A DNA stretch of 64,000 nt, taken from assembly GCA_037447605.1 (NCBI GenBank), contig CM074815.1:372001-436000 (forward strand), in the 5' to 3' direction. Origin of the DNA: Zygnema circumcarinatum SAG 698-1b. Lineage: Eukaryota > Plantae > Zygnematophyceae. Below are positions 12,910 to 26,000 of this stretch, in pieces; the stretch's first letter is position 1; each line of letters starts with the position of its first letter. The position numbers were made by a program, and so were the translations under genes. Under the pieces are notes generated by a model. That model was given only the letters and a program-made list of their open reading frames with translations, ran no database searches and was not told the origin of the DNA.

Positions 12910-15900
12910 TTATTTCTTTGTAAGAAGGCGCCCCTCTCCTGGAAGGTCCGTCCTCTCCCTCCCCTCCTTCGTGGTCCACGCCTCCCACACCTTCGACTTT
13001 GGCGGCGCTTTCACCTCTCCCAAGGGCGCTACAAGGCCCAGTTTTCCGTCGTCTATAACGGCATCTACCAGTCCGTACTCCACAGCCTCCCATGGGTTCA
13101 AAAAGTAATCTCTGTCGGTGTCCACCTCCACCTGCACACCTTTCGGTCCCCCCTTCAGAACACTTTTGCATGCCAAAAGTCACTTGTAATGCTAGGGTTG
13201 AGGGACTAAGGTTGAAGGGTGTAGGGTTTTGAAGGGCTCAGGGTTTAAGGATGTAGGGTTGTAGGGTGTAGGGTTTTGTGGTCCCAGAAGCTTTAGGGTT
13301 ACATGGTTTTAGGATTTTCAGATGGTTAGGGATCCAAGTTTAGGGTTAAGGGTCCTCAGGTTCTGAAGCATTCGAGTTTCAAATTCTTCGGGGTCGGTAG
13401 TCAGGGTTCCATGCAGTCGTTGAAGTTCAAAATAAGCCTTGAATGCATTGTAAAGCTAAAAAGAAAGAACTATGCATCATTACTCAAGCAATTATAAGGT
13501 TTTTAAAGTAAATATGTTCAGGATTTTAAGGAATTTGCGGCGACCTGCTTCTCATCTTTGCCGGTGATTCTCGACAAGATCTTGTTCAGCTTCACTTTGT
13601 GGTACATCATTTCGCGAACTTGCAGGCCGACATCAATGGCCTGCAGTCCGCCCCCCTCCAAATGGGTTTTTAGGGTTTTTAGGGTTCAAAGGGATGCAAA
13701 GAGAAGCAGCAGAAGCAAAAAAGCAGAAAGGGAAAGGGCACATCGCTTTACCCTATCTCAAAACAGACCAGTTTCCAAACCTTCTCGTTTCCAGACCGAC
13801 CTCACAAAGAACCCTCGCGGCGACTCTGAACACTCCTAGTAACCCCAAAGCAACCTAAACACCCTCAATTACCCTCTTACAACCCTAAAAACCTCTCACA
13901 TCTTTTTAACCTAAACGCAACCCTAAAACACCGTACATAACAATCCGACAACCCTAAAGCCATCCCAAACAACTTCATGTTGTTGTTGTTCTAGCAAGTT
14001 GTCCTCCTAGCAAGTTGTTGTTAGGGTTCCGCGCGACCCACCGACCCCCCCGCCCCTCCCAGCGGCTGATGGATCATGACCCGCGCGTTGGGCATGCAGT
14101 AGCGCTTCCCCTTCACGCCCGCCGCGAGCAGGAACGCGCCCATGGATGCCGCCAACCCGAAGCAGACCGTCGATACGTCCGCGCGGCAGAGCTTCATCGC
14201 GTCGTAGATGCCCATGCCTGCGCCAAGGCGGGATTGCAAGGTTTAGGGTTCGGGGTTTAGGGTTTAGGGTGTAGGGTTTAGGGTTTAGGGTTTAGGGTTT
14301 AGGGGTTTAGGAATTAGGGTTTAAGGTTTAGGGTTTAAGATTTAAGGTTTAGGGTTTAGGGTTTAAGATTTAAGGTTTAGGGTTTAGGGAAAAGGTTGCC
14401 GGTTTAGGGTTTTGGGTTTAGAGTTTAAGGTTTAGGGTTTAGGGTTTAGGGTTTAGGGCTTTAGGGGTTTAAGGGTTTAGGGTTTAGGGTTTAGGGTTTT
14501 GGGTTTAGGAATTAGGCTTTATGGTTTAGGGTTTAAGGTTTTAGGAAGGCGAGGTTAGGGTTAGGGCTGGTGGGGCTCTGGGGGGTGGTGGGGTTTGGGG
14601 GAAATTGAGGGGTTTTGGGGGTTTGTGGAGGTTTGTGAGTTGTGGGTTTTAGGACTTGTGAGATTTGGGGGTTTGTGGGGGTTTGTGAGTTGTGGGTTTT
14701 AGGATTTGTGAGATTTGGGGGTTTGTGGGGGTTTGTGAGTTGTGGGTTTTAGGATTTGTGAGATTTGGGGGTTGTCGGTTTTGGGGGGAGGAGGGAGGGG
14801 GGGGATGTGATGGAGGGAGAGAGAGAGGGGGAACAGCAATTGTGGAGGAAGGAGGGGAGATGGGGGAGGTGAAAGAGGGAGTGGGAGAGAAGGGAAAAAC
14901 CGAGAGGGTGGGGGGGGAGAGAGAAGAGGGGGGATGAAGCCAGAGAGGAGAAGCGAACGGGAGAGCGAGAGACAAAGCAGCGGTGGGGGAAGGGAAGTGG
15001 GATTAAGTGTGGGGAGAGAGAGGGGGGAGTGGCGCGAGGGAGATAGGGAGACAGAGAGAGGCGTCAAGGGACCTGGGGCAGAGGGAGAGGGACGAAGGAG
15101 AGGGAAGGGTATAGAGAGGGAGAGAGAGAGAGAGAGGGGGGCACGTGATAGCAACAGCAGTCTGTCTGTGCTCCCAACTCACCAATGACATCGTCTCTAA
15201 GTTGCTGCTGATAACTCGTTGCTCTGTTAAATCTAATTTTTCAACATGCATGGTCATCAGTTTCAGTTCAGTTTTCAGGACTAATTTGGGAATTGATTAT
15301 GCACCTGCGGTGACGGAACCGCCGGGAGAATTAATAAACAATTTAATGTCGGTGGTGGGGTCTTGCGCATCGAGGAGGAGCAGCTGACTGATGATTGCGT
15401 CAGCGCTGACATCATCAACCTGTTGCTCTCACAACTTCCCTAATCAGTAACCCTAAAACCCCAAAACTTGAAACGGCCTAATGACAACACCACCATGTAA
15501 AAAAAAAGCGTCCCCTCTAAAAATTTAGAACCCCAAATCCTCTAAACCCTCTGACATTCCAGAACCCCGAATGCCGAACCCATTTGAAAAAAAAAATCCC
15601 AAATCCCAAAACCCAAAAAATATTCACATTATATTTAGGATTAAAAAAGAAAGCATTTTCCAACCTGCCCCGCCAAAAAAACGATCCTCTGCCGCAGCAA
15701 CATAGCGTTGGGGTCCCACTCCATCCCAGGTTCTCCACCGCCCGAACCTTCCAGGAAGTTTCCTCCCCACGCTGCCCTGCAAATTCCCGCTGACCCTGAA
15801 ACCCTTCTCTCTCTGCAAAGCCCCTCCGCCTGCTCTGAACCCTTCCCAATTCTCCGCGCTGCTGCTAACCCCCTCCCCGTCCTCCAGAACTGAGAAGGAA

Positions 15901-15997
15901 GTGCTGAACCCTTGCAAGGCAGACATGCCTTATCCCCGTTCTCTGGAGAGAGGAGAAGGCGGGGAGCTCCGAGGCAGGAGCTGGAAGCCATGGCCAT
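12910..15997 (-). CDS. CLPP3: Plastid Clp protease proteolytic subunit ClpP3
   Basis: In-phase exons 15997-15665, 15419-15305, 14217-14042, 13640-13545, 13131-12910. [37 protein letters not shown] and ClpP3-type tail [17 protein letters not shown]. Confidence 0.92.
14240..14565. repeat. Interstitial telomere-like (TTTAGGG)n array in ClpP3 intron 2
   Basis: Tandem ggtttag with variants; followed by a ~49 bp GT-rich tandem repeat at ~14610-14770. Confidence 0.9.
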
Positions 15998-16927
15998 GGC
16001 TGCGGGAGAGGGAGGAACGGGGGGGGGGGGGAGGGAGAGGGAGGGAGGGAGGGTCGGAGGGGAGGAGTCGAAAGAACTTGGAAGTGGGCCTTGGCACGTG
16101 TGAACACCCTCGTTGGGATTGTAAGAGCTACACTGCTTCAGTACAGGAGCGTACCAGCGTGTTACGTCACGTCACGTCACGTCGTGTCACGTCACGTCGT
16201 GTTACGTCGTGTCACGTCACAACAAGTACATATACTGTACTGAATGTACAATACGGTAAAAAAGAGACGACGGAAAATGGTAAAAAAGATAGCTTTTGAA
16301 AGAAACGTTCAGGCAAAAACGCAAATAATATTAAAAGAAAAAGAAGAAAATGAAGGGGAAGCAGGGGAATCTCCAACCAGAATTTTCTGCATGCTTTTGA
16401 ACCTGGAAAGTAAACAAGTATTGGAGTAAGAAATAAGTAAATAGTAGAGTATAGCAATATTCCAAGTTCAAAAAAGCATGCAGAAAATATTTCATGAGCT
16501 CCGAAGATCGGGAACTCTTCTCTGGCGATGAAGCGACGAAAGGGTAGGGCCGCGTACAATCACCGGTCAAGTTTGCTTCTTTACCAAAAGTTTCTAGGAT
16601 TTTTAGGGTTTTTATGATTTTTATGGATTTTCGGGTTTGTTTGAACGAAAGCGTGGGAAAGCTCGGCACTTCGCAAATAGATGATGGCAGAAACTTGACC
16701 AAAACAAACTTGCAAACAAAAAAACAGCTTGCAAAAGACCGCCGGATATTATTGCATGTAACACTAGCGACTAGCGACCCTCTGTAGCTTCAAGTTGCTT
16801 CCCACATGGGGATTGCTCCAAGTCTTTTGAATTAAGATTGGGTTTCCGACTTTGCAAAAGTACTGGAAACCAATCTTGAAACATGACAAGGCACACACTT
16901 AGTCCTGCATCTTTTCTATATCTATTA

Positions 16928-17131
16928 GGGGGAGTCAGACTTAGCCCGGAGTGTGCTAAATTCCCGAATTTAGTATACTAAAGTCAAAGTTTCGTGTACG
17001 AATTCCGGGTCGGGATCCGCGGCTCTGCCGAACCCAACTGTACTGAAATGCGTATCTAGCCCATGCTTAGATCCCCCGACAGGCTTACTAAATTGATTTG
17101 GCCATGTATTAAGTCTGACTCTGACTCCCCC
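16928..17131. mobile_element. MITE, 'GGGGGAGTCAGAC' terminal-inverted-repeat (TIR) family, copy 1
   Basis: Imperfect TIRs gggggagtcagactta ... taagtctgactctgactccccc; internal sequence is the reverse complement of the copies at 38500-38887. Confidence 0.75.
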
Positions 17132-17580
17132 TTTCGGTGTTTATTTTCAACGGAGAAGAAATTGATCCGCATCACCTTCTCCCCCTCGATGGTCTCCATC
17201 AACTGCAGCCGTTAGGCTTTTCGAGCCTTCGTTTTCCCCTTCACCTCTGTAATGAATCCCAACGACGAAACTATGAAGAAATTAGCATTGATAATAAACT
17301 TAACTTCCTTGGTACTCAGCTTTGGAGATGCATCATCAATCTTTTCAGATTTTTGAAACTTTCATGAAACGAACAGCAAGTTGTTATTCGAACCGGGAAA
17401 GTATGAAGCAAGTTAGCACTCCTGCTTTGCTAATCTGTGCTTATGCAGGCCTTGTTATGGCGAATGGCGATTAGAATTCTAAGTGCTGCCATCCTTACTG
17501 AAGGAAAAGAGCAGCTCTTAACCCTTAACTGCATGTAAACTCTTCAGCAACCTCTCACGATTGAGAGTGGGAGAAGGCTC

Positions 17581-19053
17581 CTAACCAGCACGAAGCTGCT
17601 CTGCAAATGATTGGAATTCTTCCCTGCACTCATTCACCCCCACACTCTGAAAGAAGTCAGCTCAAGCTCAAGGTCTTTTCACAGTACTCCCTCTTAAAGG
17701 ATCAACAAACATAGGCAATTCCAGCATGCTGTTTCACAAGCACTCCTTGGATAAAAAAATGAGATAGTATGCCCATTTTCCGCTGCCATCTCACATAAAT
17801 TAGTCATTTCAACTGGCAGTGCTTAAAGCATAATCCCTCACAGACACGCCAACTTTTATCCAAAAGAACCCCCAAAGTCTGAGTTCCGATGTTCACCATC
17901 TGCCGCATCAAAAAAGAATGAAAGTCCTCTAATCTTTGGACCTAATGTCACTCCCTTCAAGTGCCAAAAACTCTTTCTGATTTCGAATTCTGTTGGGGAG
18001 AATATTGATGTCAACTATTCTCACCCTTTGAAGAGGCTCCCTCCGCGCTCGTCCTGGAAGAGAGGCAAATGCATCAAGAAAACAGCATCCTGAAGGAGCA
18101 CAATTGCAAGGTACTGAAATAGCTCCAAAAGGTTTTCCGCCGCCATCTGCTGCTCCCTTGAAATACGTTTGTTCTCGATCTGCAAAGGACAATGACAGAA
18201 TTACACCATATAACGTGGCCCTCCCTCTCCCTCTCCCTCTCCCCTCCTCCCCTCCTCCCCTCCTCCCCTCCTCCNNNNNNNNNNCTCCCCTCTCTCCTCT
18301 CCCCTCTCCCCTCTCTCCTCTCCCCTCTCCCTCTCCCACTCCCTCTCTCTCTCTCTCTCTATCTCTCTTTCTCCTCCGCATCAGAAACTTTAACAGTTCA
18401 CGTACTCTAACAAGCCTGTGCTACCACAAGTGAAGCTTCATCAGATAGAATAACTCAAAGAAAGAGAGAGGCTTATCACTCCCCTTGTTTCCTTCACTTT
18501 CTGCTGAACTTACTCACATTAGCAACGCTTGCCCGCAGTTGCGGCAAGAACGGAAACACAGACTCCATGAGAGATGGTGAAGGGTCGACCCTTGTTCTCT
18601 CCAAAGGGTTTACTCTTGCACACGAAACATCAAAACCTGCAGACTTTTCTTGTGCTCTGCCACCCAGATCGTCTATGAACAACTGTGCAATCTCTTCCAT
18701 TGGAGTTTCATGGGGAGGTCGAATAAGATGAAACTGAAAGAAACTGTCCATGGAAGTGAAGGGTGCAAACACGGCCAAAATTGAGGAGCAGTGGACATTA
18801 ATCGCACCGACCACACTCTTAATGAAGGCGAGTTGCTCTCCAAATGAAGTTTCCTTTGTGAGGGACTTTTCAGAGGGCCACATCATCACCTTATCCCTGC
18901 CAAAGTAAAGTAAAGAAACTTCCCAACCGTGAGGAAGGAGAAAGAACAAAGAGCAGCTTTCTTTCCTTAACATCAGAACTTTACTTTGACACATGCCATG
19001 CTTTAGCATGATGCCTCCCTCATTCGAATCAAGTATGATGTGAATGAGTTCGA

Positions 19054-19117
<64 letters not shown>

Positions 19118-20964
19118 CGAGAGAGAGAGAGAGAGAGAAAGAATTATTACCCCGGAATGGCTGAGAAGGAGGACAACTTACCAAGTGTCAGAGACAAAGG
19201 GTACAGGTGGGGATTCATTACAGTACTGATATCGAAAAAAAAGATACCGTGCAAGCCAACCATGTGGACACAGAGCTGCATCTTTATGCCGGGCAATAAA
19301 CCCATATACTGGTTTCCTTTTGCCTCCTTTTCTCCTTTTGCAAGAGAGAAGTACTATGGGGACCCCATCACTGGGTTTTACTTGCACAGGGAGAAATTCG
19401 CAGAGTCTTGCATAGCGACCATCATCTTCTCTAAAGAACATTTGTACTCCGGCTGCAACTCTTGATGCAAATTTCAAACATTCAGCATTGACTTTCGTGG
19501 AGAGATGAAGGATGAGGTTGCATGGACCAGGATCGAGGTATTCAGTAGTACGGTCGCGAGTATCACTGCAAAGGAAAGGAGAAAGTTTTTTTGAGATGTT
19601 TTCGCAGTTCTGCAAAGGAAAGGAGAAAGAAAGGTCTCCTTGAAGTTGATGTTTTCGCAGTTCCATTATCAGCCGAGAACTACAGAAAGTTTCTTGAGTG
19701 AAGTAGTAGAAAGCAATTCAAAACTGCGAGACTAGGGGCACACGCAAAGGAGAAGGAGAAGGTAAGGGCACCTACTCAGCCCACTGATTCTGCCTATGAT
19801 ACCATGCAAAGTTCACCATCGTTCGAAGCAAATCCTCTTTGTATATGTTTCCGCCACAACTGAGACCTGTAGCTTTGCGAACCTTGTACTGAGCATCTTG
19901 GAAAGCAAAAATATACAATCTCAAGGAATGGAGTTTCACCTGCAAGCCATTTGGAACATTCACAGGATTCAGATTCTAAAAAGACGAGTTAGAAGAGAGG
20001 TGGAAGCAAAACAAATTAACAAAGTAATGGGCATAGAATGGGGCTTCTGTGAATAAGACTCAAAGGAACATCACATTATTTTTCTCCAGTGTATAGGAAA
20101 TGAGCTCTACTTTCCTTGAAACTTTTTGGGAAGTGGCGGTATTACCTGGTTTTCAGGTATACTGAAGAATTTGTCAAAAAGAAAGGCTCCCACTCGTGAG
20201 GGGTGCGGAATTGGCCGACAACCCAATTCATTGCACCATAGAATGAATTGGCGCACACGGTAATAGTGAGCAGCAGACGTTGCTTCCTCAAAACTTTTCA
20301 ATTCTATTTCCCTACAGGCCCGGTCCATCTGCTGAAGGATGATCCTGTAAGCATACAGAGAGAATGAAACGGCTCCATGCATCAAATAAAGAGAAAGAGA
20401 AAAGACAACTATTCTTGATTGAATCCAAGAGAAAATAAAGAAAAAAAAACACAAATAACTTACATAACAGGTGTCAAAAGGTCTCTAGTCTTGATTGTTT
20501 AAATTAAGAGAAAATAAAGAATAAAGCACAAATAACTTACATAACAGGTGTCAACAAGCCTCTATTCTTGATTGTTTAAATTAAGAGAAAATAAAGAATA
20601 AAGAAAGCACAAATAACTTACATAACAGGTGTCAACAAGCCTCTATTCTTGATTGTTTAAACTAAGAGAAAATAAAGAAAAAAGGACAAATAACTGACAT
20701 AACAGGTGTTATTGGATGGTCCGGATCATCATCACTGTCCTCCGGATTGGATAGCCCCTCTCCCTCAGGGCACATAAGATTGATGACGTCAGCATCAGTC
20801 ATCACTCCTCCATTGAGCCTCTTGATGCCGTCAGGCTTGTCCCATTGGTCAAGAGAGTCGCCCTCCCCCTCACTGATTGGTGAACTTGAAGTTGAAGCAG
20901 GACCATTAGAATTCTCGGTTGCATCTACAAACATCCTGACAGAGATCGAAGTGTTGGGAGCCAT
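17581..20964 (-). CDS. Crypton/Ndc10-II-like tyrosine-recombinase-fold protein, ~541 aa, probably catalytically inactive
   Basis: Seven GT-AG exons in phase with no internal stop: 20964-20699, 20344-20146, 19975-19776, 19565-19182, 18896-18518, 18179-18025, 17623-17581 (3' end tentative). Motifs YGFIARHKDAALCPHGWLARYLFFRY, SAGF..LERTRVDPSPSLMESVFPF, AAENLLELFQYLAIVLLQDA, EEFQSFA. Confidence 0.75.
20385..20710. repeat. ~70-80 bp tandem repeat (~4 copies) spanning the exon 1/intron 1 boundary of the Crypton-like gene
   Basis: aagagaaaataaagaa..cacaaataacttacataacaggtgtcaa..ctattcttgattgtttaaa repeated. Confidence 0.85.
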
Positions 20965-22848
20965 ATCGCCACCCTTAAGAATTTTTTTACCACCTGCATG
21001 TTGGCAGGTTGCAAAACAGCACGAGGAAAAGGGATAAGGATAGAAAAATGATGATTTCACAAACCAAAAACAGAAACAGAAAAACAAACACAAAAAATGA
21101 TGATGATGAATGATGAAATGAAATGATTTATGTTATTCAACGATTGGCTCTTACTCTTGCCCTTGACCTAGCCGTTTTGTTTTTGTCCTCAAATCATCTG
21201 CTCAACTTGTCAAGCCGACAAACAACAAGTAGATACCTATTATTTCACTATTGTTTGATATAATTAAAACCGAGGAACCATGGAATCGTGAAACAAGTCA
21301 AGTCAAGGCAAGAGCCTCTGACGAGGACCACGAGAACGTGCAACGATAACTTGCCATGACCAAAATTTGATTGATCTCATATTCGTTTTAAAACAAAAAT
21401 TTGAGAGGATCATGATACTCAGCCACACGTATTTCAGAATCCGAAAGAGTGTGCCGAAAGAGTCTTCAAATGATGAAGAAATGGAGCAGACATGCAAGTG
21501 AGGCAGTAGCAAACTTCAGCTAAGAAACAAAACCCAATAAAGCCAGACAGTCACCTTGAAGCTCTTTTCTGCACTGAAAATGGACCCCTTCACTGCACCC
21601 TCTCCTGTTGCAGCTATCAAAATCAGGTGAATGCAGGTCTGTCTGTAGGTCTGACAGTTTTTGACTGCATGTCATTCACATGACCTGCAGTCAAAAACAA
21701 TCATATGCTTGCATGCCCTTCCTTTCATGCTTAGTTTTAGATTCAGTTCAGAAGTATCTTTCTTTCTTTTTGAACTGCATTGACGCCTTCTTTGGCAATT
21801 CACTGTAATGCAGGACGCCGCGGAAGCCGCTTTCAATACAGGTGGCAGGCAATAGCAGCTGACAACAGGTAGCGGCGAAGGAGACGGCGCCAATGGAGCG
21901 ACCAAATGAGTGCAAACGCTGCGAGAACACAGTAAAAAGATGGCTTTACGAAAGACTAACTGTTTCTGATACTCGGCCCAATTTTTTATTTGGGATGACC
22001 AAAAAAAAAGGGGATGTGGGGGCATATGGAACACCTTCAGAAGGAGTTTGAGGGGGTACTATGGGTGAACGATGATATGTGATGTGCCCTGTTATGCGTG
22101 ATAATGGAGAACAGGATAGATTGGAATCGCGCTTTGCTGAGAGAGATTGAGATTTTGAGAGAGAGAGAGAGAGAGAGAGAGTGAGAGAGATTGTGAGTGA
22201 GATTGTCAGTACTAGGATAGGGAAGAGTTTGTAACGTGTGAAAATTAAAATTAGGTTTAGATACGAGCTTCCCTTGCTCCGTCGCTATGATCCTTCACTT
22301 CTTCTGATGAATTTGACAACTTTTAGGGTAAATTGAAAGCAGTTTCTATTGGCGTAGACTTTGACGAATGCTTGTCGCTTGCTGCTGCAGATTATTCGCA
22401 GATTAAAGGACGCTCCTTTCTTGCATCTAATCGGTCTCAATGGCAATATGGGCCAGAAAGGATATTGTGGAAACTGGTTAAGTAGCTTCTTGTGAATCCC
22501 AACGCATGGACCTCTCTCAGAGATGCTGTCATGGAAAGCTCTCAGGCCATGGAGGATGCGGAGCGAGCAACAGTTTTTAGGGGACTCGTCATTCAAGAAA
22601 GGAAGAGTAAGAGGCACGCGTGCTACATGTTGAAAACGACTAAATTTGAAAGCATTTTGAATAAGTAAGGATTCGAACATCTACAAAAAGTCATCTCAGA
22701 CATAGTTTCTAGAGAATTTCAAAATCTTCTTCCTATCAAGAACTTCAATCAGGATGAGTTTCTCGATCCAATTTTGAAATGCAGGGACTGTTCGGGGAAA
22801 GCTGCTAGCTGTGCCCATTCAAGACGCAACATCACAAGGTACTAAAGA

Positions 22849-22910
<62 letters not shown>

Positions 22911-23020
22911 TGCTAAGAGCGAGACACCCATTCGTACCAAGTCGTCAAAGCCAAACCAACATTCAGCAACCCTAAATTCCGAACAACCCTAAAAACTCTG
23001 CACTCTCAACAGCAAAAACC

Positions 23021-26000
23021 CTACTTCAAACTCTCCGAAACGACCACGCCAAGCTCATCGACCCCCTCCTCTTCCTCCTCCTCGCTCCCACTCCACACCT
23101 CATCACTCTCACTTCCACTCTCCCCCCACTCCTGCCTGCTCTCCCCCACCTCCCCTACCCCCCCCTCTCCCCCTCCCCCACCCTCTCCCCCTCCCTCTCC
23201 CTCTCCCTCCCCCCCTCCCTCCCTCCACCCCTCCGGAAACAACGGCTCCAACGCCTTCATCAAAACCTCCGCCTGCCTCTCCATCTGCCCCACACACTTC
23301 CCCCAATGCTTTGCCGTCTTCCTATCCACCTTAAACCCTCCCTCCTTCATCTCCGCCGCCACGCTCAATATGGCGATTTGGAGAGTGTCCGGGGAGACCG
23401 CCGCCCTTGAGAGGAGGCCCGAAAGGAGGCAGTGGAAGACGGGGAGGTCCGGGCGGAGGCCCTGGGCAAGGAGGCGTCCGTACAGTTCGAGGGCCTTCTC
23501 GGGGTAGGAGGCCCAGGCCCAGCCCTGCATGAGGGCGGTGAAGGTGCGGAGGTTGGGGGGGACGCCGGAAAGCTGCATCTCCTCAAGGACGTCCATGGCG
23601 CGCTGCGAGGGAGGGAGGGNNNNNNNNNNGAGGGAGGGAGGGAGGGAGGGAGGGAGGGAGGGAGGTAGGGAGGGAGGTAGGGAGGGAGGGAGGGAGGCAG
23701 GGAGGGAGAGTGGGAGGGAGGGAGGGAAGGAGGGAGGTGAGAAAGAGGGAGAGAGGGAGGGACGTGAGAGTGAGGGGGAGAGCGGCGGAGGAGAGGGAGG
23801 GAGGGAGGGAGGAGGGTGAGGAATACAGGGAGGGAGGAGGGTGAGGAATAGGAGGGCGAGAGGATGGTGAGGGAGGGGGCTGGGAGATGGGGGGGGAAGG
23901 ACAGAGGATGGAGGGAAGGAGGGAGGAAAGAGACAGGCAGGGAAGAGAGGGTCGGAGGGAGGCAGGAAAGAGGCGGGAGGGAGGGAAGGATGGACGAGAG
24001 AGAGGAAGGGAGAGAGAGAGAGAGAGGGGTTTAGGGTTTTTCCATGGTTGAGACCTGCATATCCCCTGCCCTGCAGCAGGCCGCTATGAGCGCAGTGAAG
24101 GTGTACACGTCCGGTTGAATGCCCTCCGCCTTCATCTCCTTCACGAGGTCTGCTGCCTCCCACATGTCCCCTCGCCGAGCCCACCTGCAGGACAAGGGCT
24201 TGTTTGGTCACGTAAGATGACTAAACAAGGGTTGGTTAGCAAAAGATAGGGAGGGTTTGGCCAAAGCTACGGTTTAGCCAAAGTTCAGTTTTAGTCAAAG
24301 TTAGGGTTTGGAAAAGGTAGGGTTTAACTGAAGCTAGTCAAAGGGTGTAATTAACACTCGTACTCTAATGAGGTTTCTGGCCCCGACTTCCTTCCCACAC
24401 GCTCCCTATCCCTAAACCCTGAACCACAGCACCCAGATCCTAAACTCTAAAACTCTTATTTTAACCCATCATCCTGAACCCTAAACGGAAAACTCGAAAC
24501 ACACTCCGTACTCCCTACTCCCTCTACGCTCCCCTCTTCTACCCCCACCCCCTACACCCATCACCCCTCGTCCCCCAACCCCCCTCTCTCTCGTCACCCA
24601 CCACCTCCCCCCCCACCTCCCTCCTTCCCCCTCCCCCCTTCCGGCCCCCCCTGTTTCTCCCCCCCCCCCCCCCTTTTCTCCACCCCACTCCCTTTTCCCC
24701 CCTCCTCTCTCTTCCCCCTGCTCCCTCCCTCCCTCCCTCCCTCCCTCCCCCTCCCTCCCCTCCCCTCCCTCCCTCCCTCCCTCCCTCCCTCCCTCCCTCC
24801 CTCCCTCCCCCCTCCCTCCTCCCTCCCTCCCTCCCTCCTCCCTCCCCTCCCCTCCCTCCCTCCTCCCTCCCTCTCCCTCCCTCCCTCCCCCTCTCACCCG
24901 TCCACTAGGCAGTTATACAGTCTCCTCGTCGGCGGTCCCCCCCCCTCCTCCCTCATCGCCCTCACTGTCCCCAGCGCCGCCTGCATCCGTCCCCTCCCCG
25001 CGGCCGCCCTCGCGAGCGCCCCAAAGGCCGCCGCGTCCGCTTTAAGGCCCTGCCGCCTTAGTAGGCGGAACTGGGCCGCGGCGGCGGGGAGGTCCCCCGC
25101 ACGTGCGAACCCCGCGACAAGGACCGTGTGGGACCGGACGTCGGGGACCAGTCCCGCGCGGGGGAGGGCGGAGAACACGGCGGAGGCGGCGGACATCTGG
25201 GAAGGGGGAAAGGAGGGGGGGGAGGGGGGGGGGAGGGGTTTAGGGTGAGGGTTTAAGGTTTAGGGTTTAGGGGGAAGGGTTTAAGGTTTAGGGTTTTAGG
25301 GGACTAAGGGTAGGGTTTAGGGGTAGGGGTTTAGGGTGAGGGTTTAGGGTGAGGGTTTAGGGTGAGGGTTTAGGGGTAGGGTTTAGGGGTAGGGTTTAGG
25401 GGTAGGGTTTAGGGGTAGGGTTTAGGGGAGGGTTTAGAGTTAAGGGATTAAGGGATAGAGTTTAGAGTGAGGGTGCTGGTGAAGGTTTAGATTTTAAGGT
25501 TTAATGGTTTAGGGTTTCAGCATTAGGGTTTCAGCATTAGGGTTTCAGCATTAGGGTTTCAACATTAGGGTTTCAACGTTAGGGTTTTATCATTAGGCCT
25601 TCAGCATTAGGGTTTCAACATCAGGGTTTTCCGCCGGGTCATCGCACCTCTCCCCGCATGACATAGCCGTGCATGAGCGTGTTGTAGACGGGCGTGGTGA
25701 CGGGGCAGCCCTTGGCCCTCATCTTCTCCATCACCTCCACGGCCTGTTCCATGCTTCCGTTCCGTGCCCATCCCGCCACGAGAATGCTCATAGTGTACGG
25801 AGTGGGGCCCTCCTTGGCCGTTTCCATGCGGTCCAGTACGGCCATGGCCTGTTCCATGCGGCCGCAACGGCAGAGCACATGGAGAAGGCTGTTGAACACG
25901 GTGGCGTCGGGTTCTATGCCCTCAGTTTTCATTTGTTGGAAGAGCCGTTCAGCAGAACTGGCGTCACATGTTCTCGCATATCCGCTGATGAGCATTCCGT

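Noticed and set aside
14240-14565. Chromosome end or fusion site
   Set aside because: Arrays are short, degenerate and inside introns of intact genes
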